Positions 17,316 to 25,051 of a stretch of DNA of 27,057 bases are shown piece by piece. The notes below the pieces were generated by a model that made no database searches, was not told the DNA's origin, and worked only from the letters and a program-made list of their open reading frames with translations. The position numbers were made by a program, and so were the translations under genes. Position 1 is the first letter of the stretch. The number at the start of each line of letters is the position of its first letter. This DNA is from a virus. Lineage: Duplodnaviria > Caudoviricetes. The DNA lies in the IMG/VR virus record IMGVR_UViG_3300021560_000710, positions 1-27,057 of that record, one strand, 5' to 3'.

Positions 17316-18335
17316 CTATCGCTTGCGCTCCTTCGCGGCCTTCGCGATGTCGTCCATGATCCTCGGAAGGTCCGAGATCTTCACTTGGTCCGACGACTCC
17401 ACCCCGGCGTACTTCTTGAGGACTTCGGGAATCTGCCGTACCGGCCAGCCCGAGTTGACGATGAGAGACGTAAGAGTGTCCTGCTCAGCCAGATCAAGAA
17501 ACCGGACTTCCTCAGGCTCTGGCTCTGCCTCCTTGTCCTCGAAGCCGGGGATCTGCTCTGCGGCCCCGCCCAGTGTCGTGGCGTTGGGTGCGGGCCCGTG
17601 CCCGTTGCTCTTGCCGTTGCCCGCCACGTCGTAGTTGTCATTGTCCCGTTCGCGGGTCTGGTTGTACTGCTCGAGCGCCTGCGGAGTCGCATGGGTGCGG
17701 TCGCCCTGCAGGCGTTTACAAAGCCGCCGGATGGCCGACTTCTTAATCATCTCACCCTCGAACTGGCCCCACGCCGGGGAGAGCTTGCCCTGCCCGCCGC
17801 GCGCCTGAATCCGCATGGCCGCGCCCTTGATGGCGTTGATGTCCTTCATCTCGAGGATCTCCCACTCCCAGATTTCAGGCACCGTCGAGATGAGCGCGGT
17901 CGCATACGCGCCGACCAGCGGGCCCCGGTCGCCGAAATACTTGGGGTGATGCTCGAGCTTGTGCTCGGTCCCGGCATGGACGACGAGGCCCTCGCCCCGC
18001 GTGTCGTTCTGGTAGACCAGCTCGGCGAAGATCATGATCGCGGCCTTCGCATCGACGGCCCGCTTGATCATCCCGGTGTAGCCGACCTGAAAGGTCAGCT
18101 TGTTGCTGTAGGGAATCAGGAACGCGTAGTGGTCCGGGGTGCCCAGCTCGAGCTGGCAGGAGGCTGCGTCGATGATGCACTGGATGCGCGACTCCATGGA
18201 GCAGGTCGGGTACTTCGAGACTTCGTTGATGGCCAGACCGATGAACCGCTTCTTGTCCTTGGGGTCCATCGCCAGCAATTCCTCTACGGCGCTGCGGCGC
18301 GCCTCGAACAGGGTCATAAATTGGTCGTTAGGCAC
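17316..18335 (-). CDS. recT: RecT/Redbeta-family single-strand annealing protein
   Basis: AFLIPY, FQVGYTGMI, AELVYQND, VGAYA and W..F..EM.KKSAIRRLCK.L motifs; AAGGAGG RBS. Confidence 0.9.
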   Translation of the reverse strand: MPNDQFMTLFEARRSAVEELLAMDPKDKKRFIGLAINEVSKYPTCSMESRIQCIIDAASCQLELGTPDHYAFLIPYSNKLTFQVGYTGMIKRAVDAKAAIMIFAELVYQNDTRGEGLVVHAGTEHKLEHHPKYFGDRGPLVGAYATALISTVPEIWEWEILEMKDINAIKGAAMRIQARGGQGKLSPAWGQFEGEMIKKSAIRRLCKRLQGDRTHATPQALEQYNQTRERDNDNYDVAGNGKSNGHGPAPNATTLGGAAEQIPGFEDKEAEPEPEEVRFLDLAEQDTLTSLIVNSGWPVRQIPEVLKKYAGVESSDQVKISDLPRIMDDIAKAAKERKR

Positions 18336-18560
18336 TTAACTTGCCCTCCTTTGTTCTAGGCCTTCTTCTAAAAGTATTCGGACCAAGCTGGTCATCGGGC
18401 GCCGTTCGCGCTCGGCCTGCAGACGGAGCTTGGCCAGCGTCACGAGGTCAATGCGCAAGTTGAAGACCTCCGTCGCTGGTGCGCGTTGTCGGCGGTTGAG
18501 GCCCCGGCGAACAACTCTGGGGATTTTCAGCCTGCGTGGCCGTTTCGATTTCTTCATCAC
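18336..18560 (-). CDS. Ribbon-helix-helix (Arc/CopG-like) regulator
   Basis: VFNLRID....AKLR..AERERR.M..LVR.LLEEGL. Start at GTG 18560 or ATG 18557 rather than 18695. Confidence 0.75.
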   Translation of the reverse strand: MMKKSKRPRRLKIPRVVRRGLNRRQRAPATEVFNLRIDLVTLAKLRLQAERERRPMTSLVRILLEEGLEQRRAS

Positions 18561-18567
18561 TGCGCTT

Positions 18568-18596
18568 ACCTTATTGAAATACGGTTCCGTAGTCAA
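18568..18596 (-). promoter_or_regulatory. Sigma70-like promoter for the recombination operon
   Basis: TTGACT-17 nt-TAAGGT on the minus strand; the palindrome TACGG-TT-CCGTA (18580-18591) overlaps the spacer. Confidence 0.55.
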
Positions 18597-18647
18597 GTGG
18601 CTATCATCCCACGGATGTGGGTTGCCAACGACTATCCACAGGGGCCC

Positions 18648-18675
18648 TTGACGGGTCAATCGTTTGGAGTAGGAT
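18648..18675 (+). promoter_or_regulatory. Sigma70-like promoter for the replication operon
   Basis: TTGACG-16 nt-TAGGAT; the -35 box is half of the palindrome TTGAC-GG-GTCAA. Confidence 0.45.
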
Positions 18676-18739
18676 CCGCGAGCGCCGCAAAACATACGAC
18701 TGCCGTAATAACGTCCGGAAGGGGAGCTGGTGTGGTGCT

Positions 18740-20182
18740 ATGTCCATCGCTGACGAGGCCAGAGATGCGGCTCGGAAATTCCTCCTCGACAGGGTCAATC
18801 AATACAAGAACAGTCAGAAAAAGGCTCGGGTAGCTCAGGCGGAAGAGCAGCGGACTTTTAAACCGCCGGTCGCGGGTTCAACTCCCGCCCCGAGCACCAA
18901 CGGTAACGGGCACGTCAACGGCAAGCGGCTCTTGAGCCCCATGGACATCTGGAAGGTCCGGATGGCCAAGGTTATCGAGGTCGATTGCGAAAAAGCCGGG
19001 AACCTGACCTTCCTCGGCACCGACCCCGAAAGACTTATCGACAGCTCCACCAGTTATGCACTGAGCGTCATCGAGCAGACCGGCCTGATGCCCCCGGAAC
19101 CCACCGACCTCCAGCTCGAGGTGCGCAACATCGCCTCCGGGGTCGTGCAAGGGTTTATCGACAAGTACGCGCTGACCAACGGCAACGGCCACCATCCCCC
19201 CGTCAACATCGACCCCGAACTGGTCTTGAAGCCCCTCGATCTGGGGGCGCTTTATGCCATCTATGCGGAGTGGCAAAAAGTGCCTTGGGTGTGGCAAGGG
19301 ATCCTGCCCCACGGGAGTCTGTCGTTGCTCGTGGGCAAGAGCGAGTCGGGCAAGAGCACGCTCGTCTATGCCCTCATCTACGCGATCATCAAGGGGCTGA
19401 ATTTTTTCGGACGCGAATGTGAGCGGGGCCGCGTCCTCTATCTGGCGGGCGATCCGGCTTCTGAGTACGTTGCGGCCCAGACTTTCCAAGCACTGGGCCT
19501 CGAAGAGCACGAAGGCATCCTCACCCTGCGTGGTGCTCTGGTCGGCAATCCCCATGCGTGGGCCCAACTCCGTCAGATCGTCGCAGACTTCCGGCCAACG
19601 CTCATCGTGCTCGACACGCTCGGTGCGGCGGTTGACCTCGACACCGAAAAGTACGCGCAGGCTTTGCGCTCCCAGCAGCCACTGACCCAGCTCGCCCGCG
19701 ACTTCAACCCCAACATCCTGTCCCTGCACCACTCCCAGAAGCAGGCCATGGAGGCCTACAACGTAGTGGATGCGGCGCTCGGGTCAGTCGGGGTGGCGGC
19801 GGTGGCATCCACCCGGATGGTGACCCGGACTTACCGCCGGGGACGTCAGACCTTCCATACTTTCGAGATGTCCAACCTCAGGATCGGCCAGCCGCTCGAG
19901 GGCGAGTGGATTCTGGTCAAGCTCGACAACGGCCTCATGGAACTGGGCAGTCTATGGTCCGAACGAGAGGGCAACCTCATCGAGGAAGCCATCCTCAAGG
20001 TCGTAGCCGACAGCGATGCGCCGGTCACCCAGACCGATATCAAGGACCGTATCGGTTTGAAGATGAGCCGGGGTCTGCTAGGTAAGAAGCTATCGGAATT
20101 GGTACGCGACCAGAAACTCAAACGGACTACCGCCGGGGTTAAAAGATACTCACCGCCAGACCCCCAAGAAGACCCGAGTTAA
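18740..20182 (+). CDS. AAA_25/RepA-like replicative helicase
   Basis: Walker A GKSESGKS, VLYLAGD, Walker B LIVLDT and LHH motifs; wHTH-like C-terminus. Start uncertain (ATG 18740 after GGGGAG; alternative ATG 18941). Confidence 0.85.
   Translation: MSIADEARDAARKFLLDRVNQYKNSQKKARVAQAEEQRTFKPPVAGSTPAPSTNGNGHVNGKRLLSPMDIWKVRMAKVIEVDCEKAGNLTFLGTDPERLIDSSTSYALSVIEQTGLMPPEPTDLQLEVRNIASGVVQGFIDKYALTNGNGHHPPVNIDPELVLKPLDLGALYAIYAEWQKVPWVWQGILPHGSLSLLVGKSESGKSTLVYALIYAIIKGLNFFGRECERGRVLYLAGDPASEYVAAQTFQALGLEEHEGILTLRGALVGNPHAWAQLRQIVADFRPTLIVLDTLGAAVDLDTEKYAQALRSQQPLTQLARDFNPNILSLHHSQKQAMEAYNVVDAALGSVGVAAVASTRMVTRTYRRGRQTFHTFEMSNLRIGQPLEGEWILVKLDNGLMELGSLWSEREGNLIEEAILKVVADSDAPVTQTDIKDRIGLKMSRGLLGKKLSELVRDQKLKRTTAGVKRYSPPDPQEDPS
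18824..18899 (+). tRNA. tRNA-Lys (anticodon UUU)
   Basis: 76-nt cloverleaf: acceptor GCTCGGG/CCCGAGC, D stem GCTC/GAGC, loop CT-TTT-AA, T arm GCGGG-TTCAACT-CCCGC, discriminator A, encoded CCA; one A31-A39 mismatch. Confidence 0.85.
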
Positions 20183-20265
20183 AACAGCTCAGCTAATGGA
20201 AAGAAATTTTCGGGACCATACGGGGAAAACGCAATTTTTGATCTCCGAAAGGAGGCCTTCGTCGG

Positions 20266-20595
20266 ATGAGTGAATCTAATGGAAAAGTGGCCTTGCTGAG
20301 GAAAGGTTGGTGGGTCACGGTGACGGTCAAGCCGGGGGTGTTTCCGCTGCGCGCTTACTGCGGTGAAATTCAAGCGATAGACGAACGGGGATTCAGGATG
20401 ACATTGGTCGATTGGTTCACCGGATATCCGGTGGGCTGGGATATCTCGGTGCCATGGGACCAGTTCGAGGGTGCTCTCGTCTGTACCGACCAGCACGATA
20501 AAAAGGGCTTCGGCGAACCCGCAGGGCAATGGCAGGAGGGCGTTCTCGAGCAGCGCAGCACCAAGCCCGTTGAACACAAGAAGACGACCGGATGA
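20266..20595 (+). CDS. Hypothetical protein (109 aa)
   Basis: AAGGAGG RBS; ATGA coupling to the next gene. Confidence 0.7.
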   Translation: MSESNGKVALLRKGWWVTVTVKPGVFPLRAYCGEIQAIDERGFRMTLVDWFTGYPVGWDISVPWDQFEGALVCTDQHDKKGFGEPAGQWQEGVLEQRSTKPVEHKKTTG

Positions 20596-20792
20596 TGTCG
20601 GATTGGACCCCGGCCCAGCTCGCGCGCTGGCTGAGGCAGAACCCCCCGGAGCGCGAGTGGCACTGTGCGGCCTGCGGGTTTATGTCGCCGTGGTGGCTGG
20701 GGTGTGACCAGTTTGCTTACTGTACTGATTGCGAACGGACACAAAGACGGCTGGATCAAGAGAAGATCGCACGCGAAGGACGACTCCTATGA
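20592..20792 (+). CDS. Small zinc-finger protein
   Basis: CAAC...CTDC; coupled on both sides. Confidence 0.65.
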   Translation: MMSDWTPAQLARWLRQNPPEREWHCAACGFMSPWWLGCDQFAYCTDCERTQRRLDQEKIAREGRLL

Positions 20793-20977
20793 GCAAGCTC
20801 AAGCTGATGCGCAGCTACAAAGACCCCTCCGATCCTCGGGCCGACCACGAGGGTTACGTCGTCACCGACGAAGAGATCCCGGTGCGCAAGTGCCTGAAGT
20901 GCGGGTTGCGTAATAAAGCCTTCGCGAAGCAGTGCTATCACTGTGGAAATCTGATGAAGGTGGTCGGGGATTTCTGA
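20789..20977 (+). CDS. Small zinc-ribbon protein (62 aa)
   Basis: ATG 20789 (ATGA overlap); CLKCG...CYHCG. Confidence 0.7.
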   Translation: MSKLKLMRSYKDPSDPRADHEGYVVTDEEIPVRKCLKCGLRNKAFAKQCYHCGNLMKVVGDF

Positions 20978-21336
20978 TGGGCCGACACTATGACACATAC
21001 CCAGTCCTGCCGGGGTTCAAGCGCCACGGCACCTCGGAGGAAGCGGCCCACTCGATGATCCCCGAGCTGTCCTTCCTGCGCGGCGAATGCCTCAAGGCCA
21101 TCGCGGCGCTGGATTCGACTGCCGACGAGGTGGCTACCGTGGTCGGGCGCACGGTCTTGGCTATCAGGCCGCGCATCACTGAACTCAACAAGCTCGAGCT
21201 GATCTATGACTCTGGTTTGCGCCGGAAGAACGACAGCGGGCGCAACGCAATAGTGTGGCGCTGGTCGGGCATAGCGGTGCCCGTCAATATCGAGGAAAAA
21301 GAAGAAGTGAGGAGGAAGAGAAATGGCCAGACGTGA
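20977..21336 (+). CDS. Conserved phage winged-HTH protein
   Basis: ATG 20977 (TGATG); TSEEAA, T.DEVA, IRPR.TEL, DSG.RR...SGR.A.VW motifs. Confidence 0.75.
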   Translation: MGRHYDTYPVLPGFKRHGTSEEAAHSMIPELSFLRGECLKAIAALDSTADEVATVVGRTVLAIRPRITELNKLELIYDSGLRRKNDSGRNAIVWRWSGIAVPVNIEEKEEVRRKRNGQT

Positions 21337-22138
21337 TGACGAGAACGACGTAACCGTAGAGGCGGTGACCCTAGAACCGGAGCCTCAGACCGCCAACCCC
21401 ATCACCATCTCCGGGGCCGCGCTGCTAGGCGACACCGTGCAGATAAGCGGGCTGACGCTCACCGGCACCACTGACTACTCGACCGGCACCAGTGGCGGCG
21501 GCGGGGGTGGAGGCACCACCACCGACACGGGTGGGTCCGAGCCTTGGGCGTGGAACCAGCTGTATCTGGATCCGGCGGGCTACGCGGGCAGGACGGTCAA
21601 CGCGGGGCAGAGCACTTGGCTTCCGATTGCCAGCGGCAAGTGGCCACCGGGGTACAAGGTGCCCGACAATCACACCAAAGGCGGGGTGAGCCCTTCGGGC
21701 ACGAGCGACGGCACCAAGCCCATCATAATCCAGCCGCCTCCGAAGGGCGTGGGACGGCTCAAGTTCTATAGTGCGTTCAAGCTCTTGGTAGTCAACAACA
21801 GCTCCAACAAGGGCTCTTACACCTGTTATATCGGAACGTACTATTCCAATGGGCCTTCCAAGCCACTTTACCCGTACTTGGGAGTAGCTCATGACGCCGG
21901 GAGCCTGTCCCCGGCCACTATCGGTGGCGGCGAGTCGCAGATGGTTCACGTTCACCGGCTGGATATTTGCGACAACTCATTCCAGTCAGACCAGCCTATA
22001 AGTGGCTGGCCGCAGTGGGAGATGTTGCTGCACACCTCGGGCACGATGATGTATCCCGGCTTGCAGCTCTCGATAGAGAACCGGGGGTCGGTGGCCCTGA
22101 CCATAAAGAATATTTTCGGCTTCGGCTTCGTGTGTTGA
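21323..22138 (+). CDS. Hypothetical protein (271 aa) with a poly-Gly linker and beta-rich domain
   Basis: GAGGA RBS; overlaps the upstream gene by 14 nt. Confidence 0.7.
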   Translation: MARRDDENDVTVEAVTLEPEPQTANPITISGAALLGDTVQISGLTLTGTTDYSTGTSGGGGGGGTTTDTGGSEPWAWNQLYLDPAGYAGRTVNAGQSTWLPIASGKWPPGYKVPDNHTKGGVSPSGTSDGTKPIIIQPPPKGVGRLKFYSAFKLLVVNNSSNKGSYTCYIGTYYSNGPSKPLYPYLGVAHDAGSLSPATIGGGESQMVHVHRLDICDNSFQSDQPISGWPQWEMLLHTSGTMMYPGLQLSIENRGSVALTIKNIFGFGFVC

Positions 22139-22294
22139 ATGAAGGCTCAGCTGGTACTCGGCCTGAAGATCCATCAGCCATGTTCTGAGTGTGGCCGGGA
22201 TATCGTAGTGTGGAGCCAGACGGAAGAGGGACACAGTTCCGAATATCAGGATGCAAGGGGGCGGTGCTATGAGTGCGCCGCGAAGAAGAAATGA
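22139..22294 (+). CDS. Small zinc-finger protein (51 aa; below the ORF-track cutoff)
   Basis: MKAQLVLGLKIHQPCSECGRDIVVWSQTEEGHSSEYQDARGRCYECAAKKK; abuts the upstream stop and has an ATGA overlap downstream. Confidence 0.7.
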   Translation: MKAQLVLGLKIHQPCSECGRDIVVWSQTEEGHSSEYQDARGRCYECAAKKK

Positions 22295-22512
22295 GACGAC
22301 GCCACGCGATGCAGGCAGTAACGGAGGGCGGCGATCTACTTACCCGGATCCACGAGCTTATCTGGCAGGGCGATTACCAGCAGGCCCGTGACGGTCTGGC
22401 GGTCACAGAGCGCCTCCTAGGGGCGACCAGAGGGCTGCTCAGGCTCATGCCTGCCCCGGACCATTCCGGGGCTCCCAGCGGGCACAAGCGCGCGAAGGCG
22501 GGGCAGTCCTGA
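22291..22512 (+). CDS. Hypothetical protein (73 aa)
   Basis: ATG 22291 in an ATGA overlap; helical pattern. Confidence 0.55.
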   Translation: MRRRHAMQAVTEGGDLLTRIHELIWQGDYQQARDGLAVTERLLGATRGLLRLMPAPDHSGAPSGHKRAKAGQS

Positions 22513-22520
22513 GCACGGTA

Positions 22521-22721
22521 ATGAGGAAAAAGTCGTGTCAGTGGTGCGGAAGGAGGAGGGACCAGCTGGTGTCGGTGTGGACCCCGGCTGGCCCGAGGCT
22601 GCTGTGTCAAGGGTGCCGACAAAGGCCGCTTCCGATGTGGGGCTCCCCGACGCGGAGATCCTCACGATCAGGGAAGTCAGCGACTACCTCCGCATCAGCC
22701 GGGGGACTATCTACCGGCTGA
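22521..22721 (+). CDS. Small zinc-finger protein
   Basis: CQWC-x19-CQGC; its 3' part overlaps the HTH gene. Confidence 0.5.
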   Translation: MRKKSCQWCGRRRDQLVSVWTPAGPRLLCQGCRQRPLPMWGSPTRRSSRSGKSATTSASAGGLSTG

Positions 22722-22819
22722 TTGAGCGAGGCGAGCTGATCGGTGCGTTCAAGTTGGGCGGCGACTGGCGGATCCACCGGGGTCAGCTGTTCAAGTGGAT
22801 CGAGAGCCAGACGGTTTGA
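22637..22819 (+). CDS. Excisionase-like HTH_17 DNA-binding protein
   Basis: ILTIREVSDYLRISRGTIYRLIERGEL.AFKLGG.WRI signature. Start uncertain (GTG 22637; frame open from 22535). Confidence 0.85.
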   Translation: MGLPDAEILTIREVSDYLRISRGTIYRLIERGELIGAFKLGGDWRIHRGQLFKWIESQTV

Positions 22820-23042
22820 TGTGGAAGCTGGTCACCAGTGTGCTGCGGTCCTTGGTGTGGCCGACATGCCAATGGCGCCGCGCACGCGGTGACCACGGGC
22901 AGCAGTAGGTGCCCATCTCGGGCCCCATCAGGCGGGCGACTTGGAGTGCCTCGTCGCGGGTGTAGTACTTGACCTTGCTCCAGCACTGGCCGCGAGGGTC
23001 GGAAGGCTTGCCCAAGTCGAAGGGGTCACCTTTCTTCTTCAT
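22791..23042 (-). CDS. Small putative metal-binding phage protein
   Basis: C..K..Y.TR.EA...Y.CP...WHVGH motif; AAGGTG RBS. Confidence 0.6.
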   Translation of the reverse strand: MKKKGDPFDLGKPSDPRGQCWSKVKYYTRDEALQVARLMGPEMGTYCCPWSPRARRHWHVGHTKDRSTLVTSFHIKPSGSRST

Positions 23043-23568
23043 CGCCCATCACCTTGCGCCTGTGCTCCGCGATGCGGCGGTCGGCCTCCTCGCCAGACAT
23101 GACGTCCTTGGGCCGGTCCTCCTTGGACCACGGCCTCTGGCGGGAGCCGCCCATGGAGCCCTCGACCACCGCGCGTTCCTTGAACATGAACGGGAACAGG
23201 TTGGGGCCGAAGGCCGGGGGCAGTACCCAGAGAAAATACTGATTGGCCGTATCCACGAGCATCGACTCGGGCGGGTAGAACTCCACGGCCAGCCGCTCCG
23301 GGCCCACGATCTCGTTCTTGATCTTCTGCAGGTGGCGCCAGTCGTGGATGGCCAGCTTGTCCCGCCGCTTGATTGAGAGCTGGAGGATCGGATCCTGCGG
23401 CCAGCCCGAGTCCTTGGGGTAGGGGCTGGGGATCTCGATGACGTTCACCTGATAGAGGGAGTTGAGGTAGCACCTCACGTCGGTCGAGCCGTAGATCAGC
23501 TCCTTCTCCTTGACGTGCATGGGAGGGAGCGTGGCCTCTTGGAACGGGGTCCACTCTGGCTGTTTCAT
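23026..23568 (-). CDS. Conserved phage hypothetical protein (180 aa)
   Basis: LSIKRRD...HDWR.LQ.IKNE.VG.E..AVE.YP.ES.LVD.AN.Y.LW motif; AAGGAGG RBS; ATGA overlap. Confidence 0.8.
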   Translation of the reverse strand: MKQPEWTPFQEATLPPMHVKEKELIYGSTDVRCYLNSLYQVNVIEIPSPYPKDSGWPQDPILQLSIKRRDKLAIHDWRHLQKIKNEIVGPERLAVEFYPPESMLVDTANQYFLWVLPPAFGPNLFPFMFKERAVVEGSMGGSRQRPWSKEDRPKDVMSGEEADRRIAEHRRKVMGDEEER

Positions 23569-23795
23569 CGCTCCTCCTTGCACCAGCAGTTACGGCTGAG
23601 GCGATGGCGAAAGTGAGACAACGCCCGCAACACGTCATCGGTATGGCGAAGACCGGCAGGGTCTTCGATGAGCGACATCCCGTAGTCATCGACCACTGGT
23701 TGCCCGCCGTAGTGCTGTGCCGCCTCCCGCAAACACCAGTCAGCGTGCTGGGGTGATTCAATTGGGACGCTGTACTTGAACCGTGGGCGTTTCAT
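23565..23795 (-). CDS. Hypothetical protein (76 aa)
   Basis: GGAGGT RBS; coupled on both sides. Confidence 0.6.
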   Translation of the reverse strand: MKRPRFKYSVPIESPQHADWCLREAAQHYGGQPVVDDYGMSLIEDPAGLRHTDDVLRALSHFRHRLSRNCWCKEER

Positions 23796-23989
23796 TATCG
23801 TGACCTCCTCAGTGCTTTGCGCGCGCGCTCCTCAGCTCGAGCCTGTCGGCAGCGCTCCTTGGCCTCCTCGGTCATGGGCTGGGCCTTGGGCTGCGCGGCT
23901 TCCCAGCGTTCGCGGATTTCGTTGCGGACTGTGATTGGTTGACCCCACATCCAGAAGTGGGGCCGTTTCGCTTCGTCGTAGACTTCCAT
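23795..23989 (-). CDS. Hypothetical protein (64 aa)
   Basis: ATG 23989 with GAGGTG RBS; TAATG coupling downstream. Confidence 0.6.
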   Translation of the reverse strand: MEVYDEAKRPHFWMWGQPITVRNEIRERWEAAQPKAQPMTEEAKERCRQARAEERARKALRRSR

Positions 23990-24008
23990 CTCTTCACCTC
24001 TACCCCTA

Positions 24009-24114
24009 AGATTATCAGATTCGATATCACGAGTCAAGTAGTGTCCGAAATTGATATTCCTTCCGAGGGGGCCTGTACGCCCGCCTTGACTACCGGACTG
24101 ATATCCACTACGCT
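24009..24114. promoter_or_regulatory. Divergent sigma70-like promoter pair with repeated TGATAT(C) sites
   Basis: Minus strand: TTGACT (24037-24032)-17-TAATCT. Plus strand: TTGACT (24086-24091)-17-TACGCT. GATATC lies in both spacers. Confidence 0.6.
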
Positions 24115-24121
24115 AGCGGTC

Positions 24122-24325
24122 ATGGAGATTGCACAGGCAGAAACGAACCGCCGGGATCGGCCCGTGCTGGTCCGGTTGACCAGCAAGACTTACGACTGGC
24201 TCAGCTCTCTGTCGGAACAGGCAGGGGGCGGGATCGCGACCACCATCCGGAGCATCCTAGAGGCGGCGCAAAAGGAGGGCGTCGAGGTCAGTGATCCGGA
24301 TACGAGGAAGAAGATCCGAGCCTGA
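24122..24325 (+). CDS. Ribbon-helix-helix regulator (67 aa)
   Basis: PVLVRLT...YDWL..LSEQ.G..IATTIRSILE; ATG 24122 lies 7 nt after the -10 box. Confidence 0.7.
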   Translation: MEIAQAETNRRDRPVLVRLTSKTYDWLSSLSEQAGGGIATTIRSILEAAQKEGVEVSDPDTRKKIRA

Positions 24326-24434
24326 ATACTCTCGCTCGGGGTGGGCGGCTTAACCAACCGTATCGGGAGCTGACTCGCCTGTCTCCACCCGATCAGAACG
24401 CCCCGAGCGTTTCCACACCCCAGCCCCACACATC

Positions 24435-24635
24435 TCAGTTAATCGCGCAGTCGCCTTCGTTGGCACAGAAGGCTTCCTTGCACTTGTCGCACTGCAGGTG
24501 CGGGTGGCTCATGTCCTTGTGAAAGAACCAGATGTTGAACGACTCGTTGTCGCAGGTGGGACACACGACGACCTCGACCTCTTCGATGTCGCTCGGGTCG
24601 ATCTGGGAGATGACCTTGTCGGCGCGGGTCTTCAC
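24435..24635 (-). CDS. Small zinc-finger protein
   Basis: CPTC...CDKC plus two further Cys; abuts the upstream stop. Confidence 0.65.
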   Translation of the reverse strand: MKTRADKVISQIDPSDIEEVEVVVCPTCDNESFNIWFFHKDMSHPHLQCDKCKEAFCANEGDCAIN

Positions 24636-24881
24636 TCAGTTGCCCTTGGGCTTGATGCCGGGGTGGACCAGCTCCTCGGTGAGCATCTGGAGTTCGCGCA
24701 TCTGGGCCGCGACCATATCGTTATGGTTGGCGCTTTCCTCGAGCAGCTTCAGCATGCCGTCGAGCTGCTCACCCTGTCTCAGGGTGAAGTTCACCAGTGT
24801 CTGGAACCTGCTCTCGAGTTCATCGAGCCGCTGGTACATCTCAGCTCGGAATCGGTTAAAGGCTGCTTCATCCATTTTCAA
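24636..24881 (-). CDS. Hypothetical coiled-coil protein
   Basis: Heptad pattern; GGAG RBS; TTGA overlap (or ATG 24875). Confidence 0.6.
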   Translation of the reverse strand: MKMDEAAFNRFRAEMYQRLDELESRFQTLVNFTLRQGEQLDGMLKLLEESANHNDMVAAQMRELQMLTEELVHPGIKPKGN

Positions 24882-25033
24882 TTCTCCGGGTGCTCCTTCA
24901 GGTAGTCCGCGACGAACGCCCTGATATCGGTAAGCGTCTGCCGGTCAACTTCCGGCAGGCACTCGTCACTGGGCAGCAGTGACATCAGGTAGCGCAGCCA
25001 GCCCACGGCCTCGGCCAGTTCATCCGCATCCAT
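24878..25033 (-). CDS. Hypothetical protein (51 aa)
   Basis: ATG 25033 with GGGGAGG RBS. Confidence 0.55.
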   Translation of the reverse strand: MDADELAEAVGWLRYLMSLLPSDECLPEVDRQTLTDIRAFVADYLKEHPEN

Positions 25034-25051
25034 ACAGCCTCCCCTTAAAGC

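Noticed and set aside
22637-22819. Integration module implied by the excisionase-like gene
   Set aside because: No integrase or att site identifiable in the window; HTH_17 proteins often occur alone.
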